The position numbers and the translations under genes are program-made. Positions 24,352 to 34,853 of a stretch of DNA of 64,000 bases are shown here, in pieces. The notes under the pieces are model-generated. The model had not been told where the DNA came from. It made no database searches and saw nothing but the letters and a program-made list of their open reading frames with translations. Position 1 is the stretch's first letter; each line of letters starts with the position of its first letter. The stretch is from a virus (lineage: Duplodnaviria; Caudoviricetes). The DNA lies in the IMG/VR virus record IMGVR_UViG_3300020460_000012; one strand, 5' to 3'.

Positions 24352-25522
24352 ATATGTTACTATATCTCCTAAATGGACTACCATATTCTTCTCTAAAAAG
24401 AATTAAGTCACATTCATTCATAATGTATGTGTTAACATTTTTGTCAAGATTACTTTCAAAGCAGATTGCCGCTGATGGTTTCCAATCAGCTTTAATAAGA
24501 ACCTTTGGTAGTTTATCTTTACTAATATACACTATTTTTGTATTTTTGTCAACCCAATTATTTAAATTCCTATGTTTAACTAACTCGTTAAATCCGTCAT
24601 CTTTATGTTCTTTTCTAAATAAAACACTCTGTTCAGAACTATTAAGAATAGCTTTATAAAAATTTACAATAGGATGAATTTGCTTTTCTGCATTATCTTT
24701 ATCTAAACAAATTAGCAACGGAAACCTATTTAAAATTAATAAATTAGAGAGTGTTTCTTCTAGCGTAACTTCACTAGGCTTAATTTGCATAGTAGGATTT
24801 TCTCTATACGCAATTTTTTCCAAAGTTGTTTTTGGAGTATAATCGTCTATATGTTCTAATCCATATTTAAATCTACGATCTATAAACCTTAATAAGCTAG
24901 TTTCGGTTAATTCTCCGATATCTTCTTTTATTAATGCTTTTGCTTTTTTGTGTACATTACGCAATTCACCACCATATATACCAGGCACATATTTGTCTTT
25001 TTGTGCTTCCATGTGTTTTATTTCGTGATATACTAATGCTATTTCTTTATCTACCTTAAAATTTTTATCTACAAATCTATTAAGTAAAAGTAAAACATTT
25101 AATTCTGTATAATTAAAAAAGTGTTCGTGTGAACCTTTCTTATGCTCATAGCCATCGGCGGCATTTGATATTTCATTAATAAGAACAATATCAGATTTCT
25201 TAAAAGGAAATCTAATTTTAATTTTTCCTTCTTCTAATCTAATATATTTTTCCCTGTTAATAGTACGCAAAGGCTTACGCAGTTTTTTAATACAAGTTTG
25301 TAAGTCAATATCAAAATTATCGAACTGTGATTGATAATTAATTATCTTCTTTTGCATCAATGCGTATTGCCTATCAGTAAGAGGTGTGCCTTTAAGACAT
25401 TGCCTAGCTATACTATACATTATAGTATAATCTTCCTTAAACAACTGAAACTGGTCAGAGCCTTTCCTAAATCCAGCAAGTAATTCAAGGCAGTCTTCAA
25501 TATTGGTAACATCTTCAAGCAT
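24344..25522 (-). CDS. Conserved phage hypothetical protein
   Basis: ORF track, 392 aa; has its own promoter. Confidence 0.75.
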   Translation of the reverse strand: MLEDVTNIEDCLELLAGFRKGSDQFQLFKEDYTIMYSIARQCLKGTPLTDRQYALMQKKIINYQSQFDNFDIDLQTCIKKLRKPLRTINREKYIRLEEGKIKIRFPFKKSDIVLINEISNAADGYEHKKGSHEHFFNYTELNVLLLLNRFVDKNFKVDKEIALVYHEIKHMEAQKDKYVPGIYGGELRNVHKKAKALIKEDIGELTETSLLRFIDRRFKYGLEHIDDYTPKTTLEKIAYRENPTMQIKPSEVTLEETLSNLLILNRFPLLICLDKDNAEKQIHPIVNFYKAILNSSEQSVLFRKEHKDDGFNELVKHRNLNNWVDKNTKIVYISKDKLPKVLIKADWKPSAAICFESNLDKNVNTYIMNECDLILFREEYGSPFRRYSNIYG

Positions 25523-25528
25523 AGTAGT

Positions 25529-25557
25529 ATTATAGCTTAATTAAGCTTAGATGTCAA
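25529..25557 (-). promoter_or_regulatory. sigma70 promoter, leaderless
   Basis: TTGACA-17-TATAAT, 6 nt before ATG 25522. Confidence 0.8.
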
Positions 25558-26385
25558 GTGTTTTAATGGTTTTCCAGCTGATATTTCATCTAATGTATAT
25601 TCAGTGTGAGCATAATCATTTAACCATTGTTGTCTTTCTGGCATGTTAGGATTCATTATATCATGTAAGTTACTATTAGCTACATCATATGCTAGACTAC
25701 TATTGCCTACAAAAGCTGGTATACCTGCTATAACGCTATGTGGTCCCGGATTGCTACTCCAACAAACAGTTGCCCATGCATTCCTAACATCGAAATCATA
25801 ATCGTCATATGTACTTTCTATTTTTACAGGCGTTTGTCGTATTACATTTTTAAAATCTTTTTCTACATATTGAACAGGATATCTAGGATGCGGCCTCCAG
25901 TAGATAGGCATATCAGTATGTTCACGTATTGTATTAATTGTGTTTCCTAACCATGCTGTCATGTTAGGCATTCCTCTCCACTGCAAACTTTTTTCGTGTT
26001 GCCCACAGATAAGAATATACTTCCCTTCAGTCCTCCAAGGTTGTAGTTTTAATCCAAGTTGTTCCGCCCTACTGCTATTATTATTGCTAGGACCAAAGTA
26101 AGCATCTCTATTAATGCCATTTAGTGCAACCTTCCAAGTAGTTCCTCTTTTAATTCCGCCGACTTCTAATACTATTGTTGGCTTTTTGTTACGTTGGTTA
26201 TTGTCCCATATATCTTTGTTCTGAGCCATTCTGCCATGCCAAAGAACGCTCCAAATAACATCAACATCACTGCCACTATCATTATTGCAAACATCATGAC
26301 CAGCACCCACAAGACTGTTGCTAAAGGCATCAAATACCGGTCCGCTATTGAGTGCGCCATATTGCCTCCATAAACTAAACTTCAT
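25537..26385 (-). CDS. GT-B glycosyltransferase, capsule-synthesis (KpsS/KpsC)-like
   Basis: ILICGQ...YWRPHP...SSNPG..SVIAGIP pattern shared with paralogues in the island. Confidence 0.6.
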   Translation of the reverse strand: MKFSLWRQYGALNSGPVFDAFSNSLVGAGHDVCNNDSGSDVDVIWSVLWHGRMAQNKDIWDNNQRNKKPTIVLEVGGIKRGTTWKVALNGINRDAYFGPSNNNSSRAEQLGLKLQPWRTEGKYILICGQHEKSLQWRGMPNMTAWLGNTINTIREHTDMPIYWRPHPRYPVQYVEKDFKNVIRQTPVKIESTYDDYDFDVRNAWATVCWSSNPGPHSVIAGIPAFVGNSSLAYDVANSNLHDIMNPNMPERQQWLNDYAHTEYTLDEISAGKPLKHLTSKLN

Positions 26386-27223
26386 TCCAATATGCTTCCT
26401 GCCGCCTTTCCATCAAATCTTTTCCGCGGCTACGGCCTTCTTTTTTTCTAGCACCTTTTAAGTGATCTAACCATTTACCTAATACACTATTAATTAACGG
26501 GTGACCACCTCCTCCTGTCTTTGCAGGGTTGTTGTATATGTTAGCACTATAGTCTAAAACAGATGGATAATTTACTTTCATGTTATTAAGTATGGTTCCA
26601 AAAACATAGCTATCATGCCATTCTTCTAACGTAAAGATACCGTTTTCTGCGTCTTCATATACACGTTCAAATTCTGCAATAAATTCTTTTGCAATTTCAT
26701 TTTGTACATTTATTCCATAGAATCCACACTCAGGCCATGTCTGCGAACCTTTACCACGCCCTACGTAAGTAATCCAACAATCATCTGGCAGTTGCTCTAT
26801 AAAGTCTTCATATGACCACGGACTATGAACAAATGTATCTGCATCCATCCAAACACACCAGTCCTTAGAGCGTTGTACAGCGTCATACACAGCATATGTT
26901 TTATTAGCAAACCTTATAGCGTCCCATTTAAACTCTTTATGCCAATCTCTTGGTCTTCGGGCTTTTATATCAGGCGGCGGAGTGCCATTTGCTTTTGGGT
27001 CATCTTTCCAACGCTGTTTAAATGCAACAAGTTTTGGTAATGTTTCTACTGCGTCTAAAATTGTAATTTGTTCTGGATCTGGATTGTTTGGTTGGCAATT
27101 TTCTGCATATACAAGTAGCTTAACTTTTTTATCTATATTTTTTGCAAAGCTATCTAAAAATCTTTGACCATATTGATCAAGACCTGATCGATGAAATGTT
27201 GTTAATACTGTTATTTCTTTCAT
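26375..27223 (-). CDS. GT-A-type glycosyltransferase
   Basis: FKWDAIRFANK, WMDAD (DxD) and WHDS motifs. Confidence 0.7.
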   Translation of the reverse strand: MKEITVLTTFHRSGLDQYGQRFLDSFAKNIDKKVKLLVYAENCQPNNPDPEQITILDAVETLPKLVAFKQRWKDDPKANGTPPPDIKARRPRDWHKEFKWDAIRFANKTYAVYDAVQRSKDWCVWMDADTFVHSPWSYEDFIEQLPDDCWITYVGRGKGSQTWPECGFYGINVQNEIAKEFIAEFERVYEDAENGIFTLEEWHDSYVFGTILNNMKVNYPSVLDYSANIYNNPAKTGGGGHPLINSVLGKWLDHLKGARKKEGRSRGKDLMERRQEAYWNEV

Positions 27224-28158
27224 AGTGGTTTATCCGCCCATTGTCTAAGATGTTTCCATGCAGTGCCATCTTTTAATTCATCTAGTGTCCAATGCATTTG
27301 TGCCATTTTTTCAATCCAAGGTTGTCTATCAAAATGTGTTATATTTTCTAAATCAGCAAAATTTGTATGTGCAACGTCTTTGGCTTGGCTTCTTGTTGAG
27401 TCAGTTAGGAATACAGGTACACCTTCAATTGCCGCAACAACTCCAGGACTAGAATTATGATTTACTAGGCAATGAGCTTGTGCTAAATCATGCATAATAC
27501 TATCTGCATTTGATACTCTTACATTAGGCAAACGATATCTTGCAATACTACGTTTGTGCTCTAGTGTATTTTTATCTCCAGGATGAAACCTTACTACAAT
27601 AACTCTATCAGAATACTTCCTAATGTTTTGAACAGTTCTAACTACCCAAGGTAACAGTGGTTGATTATCCATACTCCATCCACCATCTCTTTGGCAACAT
27701 ATCAAAATATAATTACCACTATTTTTCCAAGGCTTTAATTCTAAATTTAATCGATTTTTAATAAGTTCCCATCTAGAAGGATCAGGAGCACCGTTACAGT
27801 ATTCTCCTGTAGTAGGAAAAATTCCGTCATAACTGTATCTTAAAAATTTATTTGAATTACCAGGGTCTGCATACAAAAACAAGTTTGCATCAACAATTAA
27901 TGTCCGTTTGCCTCTTCTTTTTTGATGTTCAATAACCCGTTTGCGTAAATCTAAATGTTTAGAACTTTTACTTCCAGGATGAACAAATCCTTGCATAACA
28001 GCAACATCTGCATCTACAACATTGTAGTCTGTTACTATTGTTCCTTGGTCTCCGCTTTTCCAAACACCTTCGATTGCGTTTACAATAATAGCAGGTTTCT
28101 CAGGATTAGTGTTACCTGGCGGTATTCCCATTAGGTAACTTGCTACTGTAAAACTCAT
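27220..28158 (-). CDS. GT-B glycosyltransferase, capsule-synthesis-like paralogue
   Basis: ILICCQ...VVRFHPGD...NSSPGVVAAIEGVP. Confidence 0.6.
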   Translation of the reverse strand: MSFTVASYLMGIPPGNTNPEKPAIIVNAIEGVWKSGDQGTIVTDYNVVDADVAVMQGFVHPGSKSSKHLDLRKRVIEHQKRRGKRTLIVDANLFLYADPGNSNKFLRYSYDGIFPTTGEYCNGAPDPSRWELIKNRLNLELKPWKNSGNYILICCQRDGGWSMDNQPLLPWVVRTVQNIRKYSDRVIVVRFHPGDKNTLEHKRSIARYRLPNVRVSNADSIMHDLAQAHCLVNHNSSPGVVAAIEGVPVFLTDSTRSQAKDVAHTNFADLENITHFDRQPWIEKMAQMHWTLDELKDGTAWKHLRQWADKPL

Positions 28159-28976
28159 TTAATATCATACTCCCTCAATATTGGCAACACATTTCCTGCA
28201 ACCATTTCTTGTGGATTGAATTGACAATAACCTAGCCAGTTTTGCCAACCTATAACTTTTTCTTCTTCTACATATAGCGGGCTTTCAATATCTTTTAGAT
28301 CTGTACCACATGCAAAGTCTGCCGCATTTGGTGCTAATGTAAAACAAGGAATGCCGTAGCCTATTGCTTCGGTTGCGGCAATGCTGTTATACGTTACAAC
28401 AGCAAAAATATTATCTTCTTCGAACTGAGCGTATATACTATTATCCCTTACACGTTCTCTTCTTAATCCTTTGTTGCGTACTATTACTTCTCTATCGGTA
28501 TATTTTTTAATGTCTGCAATAGTATTTGTTATCCATTCATCACGCTTAATACCATAAAAGGAACAGGGTTTATCGGAAGGTGTAACTAATAGAATAGGTC
28601 CACCATCTTTTTTCCAACCTTTAAATCTAATATCTTGGCTGTCAATGCAATTATCAAATCTGTCAGCTGGAAGATCAAATCTTGGTTGACTATGTTGCAT
28701 ACCGCTTGGTACAACACGATGCCAGTGCTTCTTTTTATTTAGATTTCCGATATACCCTGTATCTATATAGTAATATGGGCGTTTCTGATACTCACACATA
28801 TTAACTGTTTTTCTTTGTGCCATGCTCCTGAACACAACTGGGATTTCAGTATCCCAATGCTGTAAAGCTTTCCATCCTGGTATTTCTTCAGCTTGTGTAC
28901 CCTGTGCAAAGCAACTTACAATAGCATCTCTAGTATCTATTGCAAGCATATCTGGCCCTGTTTTTATCTCATCCAT
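28155..28976 (-). CDS. GT-B glycosyltransferase, capsule-synthesis-like paralogue
   Basis: ILLVTPS...VTYNSIAATEAIGYGIP. Confidence 0.55.
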   Translation of the reverse strand: MDEIKTGPDMLAIDTRDAIVSCFAQGTQAEEIPGWKALQHWDTEIPVVFRSMAQRKTVNMCEYQKRPYYYIDTGYIGNLNKKKHWHRVVPSGMQHSQPRFDLPADRFDNCIDSQDIRFKGWKKDGGPILLVTPSDKPCSFYGIKRDEWITNTIADIKKYTDREVIVRNKGLRRERVRDNSIYAQFEEDNIFAVVTYNSIAATEAIGYGIPCFTLAPNAADFACGTDLKDIESPLYVEEEKVIGWQNWLGYCQFNPQEMVAGNVLPILREYDIK

Positions 28977-29649
28977 TCATCATTTCCTGTAGTTCTTTCT
29001 TCCAAGTAGAATGATAAGCACAATTTCTGTAGTTTTCAAACCACGGTCCGCCTTCAGTATAATGCAATGCTTTAGGAGAGCCGTCTTTGCCTTCTTCGTA
29101 CCAGTCAGTCAGCCAATTCCATTCATGACTAAGTTCACCGATTTCGGAATCTTCAAGCCAACTAAATCTATGCAGATATGCACCTGAAATATCAGGATTG
29201 TTAACTAAACTTCTATTTAACTTTACATTACTTGGGTGCCCGCAATTAAACAAAACAACACTAGACCAGTTCTTGCGGGGATAAACGGTCTGGGTTTGTC
29301 CATCCATCTTTATTCCTTCTTTAGGAGTGTAATCATGCTGAGCACACATTACTGCATACTTCTCATCAGCCTGATCAAATAAATTTTTTATATCATCTAT
29401 GAAAATTATGTCGCTATCACAGAATAATGCCCAACCATCAAAGTTGCATAATTCTGGTACAAGAAACCTTGTAAATGTAAACTCAGTACTAGCTAGTTTA
29501 TCTATTGGTCTGTCATACCAGCCTTGATCTCTTAATTCATTTTGTTTTAATGCTTTTACTTGCACACTTTTATTACGAACTTCGAGACTATGCTTACACA
29601 CTTGATATGCAATATCTTCTCTAGTATCATATCCTACAAATACTTTCAT
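28969..29649 (-). CDS. GT8-like glycosyltransferase
   Basis: VFVGYD.RE, TEFTFTRF, FCDSD, RKNWSS, WNWL and HYTEGGPW motifs. Confidence 0.8.
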   Translation of the reverse strand: MKVFVGYDTREDIAYQVCKHSLEVRNKSVQVKALKQNELRDQGWYDRPIDKLASTEFTFTRFLVPELCNFDGWALFCDSDIIFIDDIKNLFDQADEKYAVMCAQHDYTPKEGIKMDGQTQTVYPRKNWSSVVLFNCGHPSNVKLNRSLVNNPDISGAYLHRFSWLEDSEIGELSHEWNWLTDWYEEGKDGSPKALHYTEGGPWFENYRNCAYHSTWKKELQEMMNG

Positions 29650-30443
29650 AAATCATATCTTTCTATATCTTCTTCTGTTAATTTATTTGAGTCGCCCTTC
29701 CATATCTCTACAATATGAGCAGGTTCGCTTGTATCATTACACCCTTGATGCCATGTGCCTGCTGGTACATCAACAGGATTATTAGGATGTAAATCTCTTA
29801 CAGTACAGCCTTCAAATGGGTCTGTGCTAATTCCTATGTTTGTCTTTATATAAGCTTTTCCACTGACTATATTCCATGTTTCACTTCTATGTTTATGTCT
29901 TTGCATACTTAACTTTGATTTAGGATTAATAACAAGTTCTTTAACTTGAAAGCCATCACCTTTATATAAGTTTCTATAATGACCCCAGGTTCTTTGTGTC
30001 TTTGGTGCTTTCCAATCTTCCAATATCCAGCTACTAGAATTCTTTTTGTCTGTGCCTCCTACTCCAAACTCAAAACTTACATTTCTTTGATCTTTATACA
30101 TTTCATATTCTGGAATATTTGATTGCTCTCTATCACCACCATTTGCAAAAATAATTTGATCAGTATTTCCTGTTGTAGATAGCATATAAAATATAGCACC
30201 GCATGCTGTATTATCATCATCATTGAAACTTATTACTTTATCTACAATTTCTAGTTCCTTTATAATACTAAGTCTTTCAGTAAAAGGCATAAAAGCTTTG
30301 CCTTTTTTTCTAGCTAACCATTCATCGGAATTTAAACCTACAACAAGCTTATTACCAAGTTTTTTTGCGGCTTTAAAATAAGCAATATGTCCACTATGTA
30401 AAGGATCAAATCCTCCTGTGACTAATACAAATTTTTCGTTCAT
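29646..30443 (-). CDS. Cytidylyltransferase-like domain fused to a C-terminal cupin (mannose-6-phosphate isomerase type II-like)
   Basis: TGGFDPLHSGH, FANGGDR; RTWG...LSMQRHKHRSETW. Confidence 0.85.
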   Translation of the reverse strand: MNEKFVLVTGGFDPLHSGHIAYFKAAKKLGNKLVVGLNSDEWLARKKGKAFMPFTERLSIIKELEIVDKVISFNDDDNTACGAIFYMLSTTGNTDQIIFANGGDREQSNIPEYEMYKDQRNVSFEFGVGGTDKKNSSSWILEDWKAPKTQRTWGHYRNLYKGDGFQVKELVINPKSKLSMQRHKHRSETWNIVSGKAYIKTNIGISTDPFEGCTVRDLHPNNPVDVPAGTWHQGCNDTSEPAHIVEIWKGDSNKLTEEDIERYDL

Positions 30444-30480
30444 GCTAATACTTATGTATGTAGATAATGATTTTAAATTA

Positions 30481-30966
30481 TTATGGTTTGTAGGAAATTA
30501 ATCCTAAATGTTTATGTGTGGGTTTGTATAAAGAACGTATGCTTGTGTATCCGTGTGTTTCAAGAATTTGTGATAATTGTGTAAAGTTATAGCCACTTTT
30601 ATGTAAGTCCCAAGTTTCTCCAGTTTCGGCTTCTCTTTGCCAACCCCAGAAGCCCGCCCTTGCATGTGCAATATTTTTGCCTACTTGCCATTGATGAACA
30701 TGAAAGTCCATATTAGGACAACGTATATCCATTTGTCCACCAGAACGTAAAATTTTAAAGCATGCCTTTAGCCAACGTTCGCCTTGTTCAAACGTAAGAT
30801 GTTCTATAAAATGTCTTGAAAAAATATGTGTAATTGAATTAGGTTCTACATGCTTGTCAATTTCATATGCAGGGCATACAAAATCTATACCTGGCAAATT
30901 CCTAATATCACATGTTTTATAATCTTGGTGGGTCGGCGTTTCACCACAGCCGAACTCTATCATCAT
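30481..30966 (-). CDS. Class I SAM methyltransferase (Methyltransf_11-like)
   Basis: EFGCG and SRHFIEHL motifs. Confidence 0.75.
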   Translation of the reverse strand: MMIEFGCGETPTHQDYKTCDIRNLPGIDFVCPAYEIDKHVEPNSITHIFSRHFIEHLTFEQGERWLKACFKILRSGGQMDIRCPNMDFHVHQWQVGKNIAHARAGFWGWQREAETGETWDLHKSGYNFTQLSQILETHGYTSIRSLYKPTHKHLGLISYKP

Positions 30967-31922
30967 TTTTGAAAAAACTTTCTAACAAAGTTATTAATAA
31001 TTATAGACACGACTTTGTTGTTTACATGTCTTGGTGTATTATCCTCAAACAGTGTAGGGAAATCTGTATGAGCACCTACCCAACGTACCATTTCGTAGCT
31101 AGGCCAATAGTATACATTTTCATGGACATGATTATTTAAAAATTCATCTAAACTTACACGTAATATACTTTTGCTTACACAGTCACTTATAATTGTTGGT
31201 CTGCCCATAAATGTTGCATTTAATGGTACTGGACTAAGTGTAAAAATAACTTGTGTGTCTTGTCCTGCATACGTATGAATAAGATTTACAATACGTTGCA
31301 TGTTTTCTACATTTTCTTGTACTGTGCTAGTTACACATTCATGCTTGTCTGGATCAAAATATTTTGCAGGAACTCCACGCCAAAATACTTGTTTAGTGGC
31401 TCTATCTCGCCAAACTTCTGCTAATCCGAATGTAACTACTACCCCTTTTGTCTTTTTAAAATGCTCCAAGAGAGCCTTTTGTTCATCTTCTGGCTCCCAT
31501 TTATACGCACCTGCTTGTGGATCATTATCGTACCAGTAAGCATCTGAACTACGATCTCCAGTTAACGCCCATTCTAAGTATTGACGTACAGCAAATGAAT
31601 TATTTAGGCCTTCTGGTACATTTATATAATCTGCATTCTTACCGTTTGCTTTTAACCAATTGCGTAATCTTTCTGCAAAACAACTGCCCATTGTAACTAC
31701 TGTTCCGTCTGCAGGTATAGTAGGATTATTAGGACCATGCCCTGTAAAAACAAATTCTTCTGCAAGTTTTTCTAGATCATCAAATTGAGATTTGTCTTTT
31801 GGAAAATAAGTAATCAAATCATTTGTATGCCATTTACTTTTTACCAAGTCTATATTACCAGCTGACATTTTTCCGCTACCTTTTGAATTAGCAGTAGCAT
31901 TTGCTAATCTAGCTTTTGCCAT
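30963..31922 (-). CDS. GSCFA-family (SGNH-like) protein
   Basis: MGSCFA, TFGLAEVW, TLSPVPL, SKSILR and YWPSYE motifs. Confidence 0.85.
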   Translation of the reverse strand: MAKARLANATANSKGSGKMSAGNIDLVKSKWHTNDLITYFPKDKSQFDDLEKLAEEFVFTGHGPNNPTIPADGTVVTMGSCFAERLRNWLKANGKNADYINVPEGLNNSFAVRQYLEWALTGDRSSDAYWYDNDPQAGAYKWEPEDEQKALLEHFKKTKGVVVTFGLAEVWRDRATKQVFWRGVPAKYFDPDKHECVTSTVQENVENMQRIVNLIHTYAGQDTQVIFTLSPVPLNATFMGRPTIISDCVSKSILRVSLDEFLNNHVHENVYYWPSYEMVRWVGAHTDFPTLFEDNTPRHVNNKVVSIIINNFVRKFFQK

Positions 31923-31923
31923 A

Positions 31924-32844
31924 TTATATTATTCCTTTTAATAAATGATACCACGGATCACCTCTAGCAATTTCATCTTCCCTCCATTGGCAATAACCTA
32001 AGTTGTTAAGCCATTGTTGTCGATCAAAATACTCTAAGTTTTCAAGTGTATTTAAGTTTTTATTTGAACATTCCCACGCCATTGAACTAGGACACAAACT
32101 AAAAGTAGGTATCCCTTCGCATATACTTTCTGTTAGAGCATTACTATTAAATCCTACTACAGCATATGCATTTTTAAAATCTTCGTATAAGCCTGCGCCG
32201 CCTTCTAAGTTTCCAGAGCCGTGCATGTTTTTACTTACAGTAATTCCGCTAGTATCTATCTTCTCAAGTGCTTGTCTTTGTCTATCCATTCTAGCAGGAT
32301 GCATTCTAGCTACAATAGGCCTATCAGTATATTTACGTATTTCAGCGATAGTGTTCGCAATGAAATTATCAAATGTTCTATGCTTAGCCATTAAATTTTT
32401 TAAGCTACTATCACCAGGTCGTTGCATTGCAAGTAGTATATACTCGCCTCCGCTTTTCCAATCTTTGATATCTATATTTTGGTCTTTTTGAATTTGTTTC
32501 CATCTATCATCAGGACAGTTATCATTACAATAATTTCCTTCGTCCCTAAAGTAACTAGTCCAGCTCCATCTATGATAAGCTTTTGGATGTGGCGGAAAAG
32601 GCATATTACGTCTAAACACACTACTCTCTACTACGATATATGGTTTACCACTATCTCTTATATGTTCGTATTGGGCTCTAAATTTTCGAAAGAATTTATT
32701 TTCTAGTATGTTTGCTTGTACAAATACATCTGCCTTTTCAATAACGCCTTGATTTTCCCAATCAACTACTTTAAAATTTGGCAAGTCAGGAAGAGGGTGC
32801 GTTCTATAAGACCCTTTTATTCCTACAACAAATTTATCCAACAT
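31924..32844 (-). CDS. GT-B glycosyltransferase, capsule-synthesis-like paralogue
   Basis: ILLAMQRPGD...ARMHP...NSNALTESICEGIP. Confidence 0.6.
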   Translation of the reverse strand: MLDKFVVGIKGSYRTHPLPDLPNFKVVDWENQGVIEKADVFVQANILENKFFRKFRAQYEHIRDSGKPYIVVESSVFRRNMPFPPHPKAYHRWSWTSYFRDEGNYCNDNCPDDRWKQIQKDQNIDIKDWKSGGEYILLAMQRPGDSSLKNLMAKHRTFDNFIANTIAEIRKYTDRPIVARMHPARMDRQRQALEKIDTSGITVSKNMHGSGNLEGGAGLYEDFKNAYAVVGFNSNALTESICEGIPTFSLCPSSMAWECSNKNLNTLENLEYFDRQQWLNNLGYCQWREDEIARGDPWYHLLKGII

Positions 32845-33394
32845 TATTAAAATATAATCCTCTGTTTTTTACAAATGCTTTTTTACCTTTTTTTCCTAAG
32901 TTAAGCGTAGAATTATTACGTAAAAATTTTGTTTTATTTTCGTCTAGCTTAAATCCATTTTCTTCAAAACGTGCAATCCAATAATCTTCTTCTTGTAAAT
33001 TAACATGATGATGACCATTCCATCCTGGAGGTGCATATGTTACCACTGCTGTTTTTGCACATTTGAAAGTATCCATGTAGTTTGCCATATATTGTTCTTC
33101 TACATGCTCTAAAAATTCTACACTCCATGCTACATCATAATCCTCATGTATTACAGGACTTCCTTTAGTATAATCATGTATAACAAAATAATTAGGATCA
33201 AAACGTGTTAAGGTATAATCTCCGTCAACGCCTATAGTACGTAATCCCTTATTTTTAGCCAACTCTACCATTCCACCTGGCCCGCATCCTATGTCAATAA
33301 AACTTTTAATGCCAAGGTTGACTAACCATTGTAAAGCGCCTTCGTCTATGTGTGTTTTTCCTTGGTGTCCTCCAAGATGGGGTTCTAATGTCAT
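32834..33394 (-). CDS. Class I SAM methyltransferase
   Basis: IDIGCGPG, WSVEFLEHV and GHHHVN motifs. Confidence 0.8.
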   Translation of the reverse strand: MTLEPHLGGHQGKTHIDEGALQWLVNLGIKSFIDIGCGPGGMVELAKNKGLRTIGVDGDYTLTRFDPNYFVIHDYTKGSPVIHEDYDVAWSVEFLEHVEEQYMANYMDTFKCAKTAVVTYAPPGWNGHHHVNLQEEDYWIARFEENGFKLDENKTKFLRNNSTLNLGKKGKKAFVKNRGLYFNNVG

Positions 33395-34032
33395 TACAAA
33401 TACCTTTTCAGTTGATCCGTATACTTCGGATTGTTTTTATGTTTGTCACCTTTAAGTGTAAGAAACACACTTTTAGGATTTGCTTTTCCCATGCATATCC
33501 ATTCTACAGGTGCCGGAGTATATTGGTGTACATCATGCAACTGTAAAAGTATATCTTGATCATGTCCGTATTTCCAAGATCTAGTTGCAGTCTGTAATAA
33601 GTTATTAGCATAATCTTGTCTAAATAGTCCTGTGCCTAATGTAACAAATCCGCATAGCCAAGGGTGTATTGCATTTTTTTTATGATGTTTTAGGACAGTA
33701 ACTTTAGATGTTACATTGATAAACTCTTCTTTAGTAAATTCTCTTGTGCAAATACTATCTGCATCTAATATCATTACATGTTCATTGTTATCAAATTTTT
33801 TAGATGCCACTAAAAATCTTACAGCTTGCAGATATGCTATTGATACATCTACATATTCTTCAGTTGTATAGTCAACATCTTCTAATCGCCAATCCGGGTG
33901 GTATTCATCTGAATTAACAATATGACAATGTAAATTTAGCCATGAATGAGAATTATATTTTTGGATACTTTTTAAAAGATTAAATCCCCATTTACTATAA
34001 TAGTTTTGGTCACATGCTAATAAGATATGCAT
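33394..34032 (-). CDS. GT-A-type glycosyltransferase-like protein
   Basis: ILDADSI (DxD) and DQDIL motifs. Confidence 0.6.
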   Translation of the reverse strand: MHILLACDQNYYSKWGFNLLKSIQKYNSHSWLNLHCHIVNSDEYHPDWRLEDVDYTTEEYVDVSIAYLQAVRFLVASKKFDNNEHVMILDADSICTREFTKEEFINVTSKVTVLKHHKKNAIHPWLCGFVTLGTGLFRQDYANNLLQTATRSWKYGHDQDILLQLHDVHQYTPAPVEWICMGKANPKSVFLTLKGDKHKNNPKYTDQLKRYL

Positions 34033-34033
34033 A

Positions 34034-34816
34034 TTATGAACTCGATATAGAAAATCTTTTAAGGAATTTGTTATGTAATTTTTCTTTACCTTTTCCTTTT
34101 GTATGCACCATAAATTGATTTATACCACTATTGTTAAAAGGACTTTTATTGTTAATAGGATTAGGATTTAAATTTTTAAAGCCGCCAAATCCGCCTGCTT
34201 CGAACTGTAATCTTAGTTGGAAAAATATCCAACTGTCATGTGTTTCTCTAAGTTGATCTAAATTATTTCCTTCGTAATATTCTTCAAATGCAAGTAAAAA
34301 GTTTTTAGCCAATGGTGTACGTAAATTATATCCCATTAGTCCACATTCATCATAAGATGTTTTAGTATTACTAGGACGACCTAAATATGATATACAAGAT
34401 TTTGTAGGAAATAATTCTGCAAGCCATTGCATAGTTATATTAGTATGCATTAAGACATCTGCGTCTAGCCAAATAAGATAGTTTGTTTTACATACTTTTG
34501 ATTCTTCAAATATAGGAAAAGTTTTATGAGCAAACTTAATTGCGTTCCATTTAAATTTCTTTGTTTCTTTTACAGGCGCATCACCGTTATAATGGGGATT
34601 GTGTTTGTGTCTATTTTTAAACTCTACAAGTTTAGGACAAGTTGAATACAAATCTTTTAACACTATCCTATCTTGCATATATCCTAAATCTATTTTATCT
34701 TCTGAATATATTACAATCTTTACTTCAGGAGGTAAAAATTGATGCCAGCTTTGAATATTAATTTTGGATGTTTCGTCCCAGTACTTCTGGTTAAGACTTG
34801 TAACAATAGTATACAT
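34034..34816 (-). CDS. GT-A-type glycosyltransferase, paralogue of 26375..27223
   Basis: FKWNAIKFAHK, WLDAD, ECG and HDSW motifs. Confidence 0.7.
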   Translation of the reverse strand: MYTIVTSLNQKYWDETSKINIQSWHQFLPPEVKIVIYSEDKIDLGYMQDRIVLKDLYSTCPKLVEFKNRHKHNPHYNGDAPVKETKKFKWNAIKFAHKTFPIFEESKVCKTNYLIWLDADVLMHTNITMQWLAELFPTKSCISYLGRPSNTKTSYDECGLMGYNLRTPLAKNFLLAFEEYYEGNNLDQLRETHDSWIFFQLRLQFEAGGFGGFKNLNPNPINNKSPFNNSGINQFMVHTKGKGKEKLHNKFLKRFSISSS

Positions 34817-34853
34817 TTGTCCTCCTGCTATATGTAATTATTAATTATAACTC

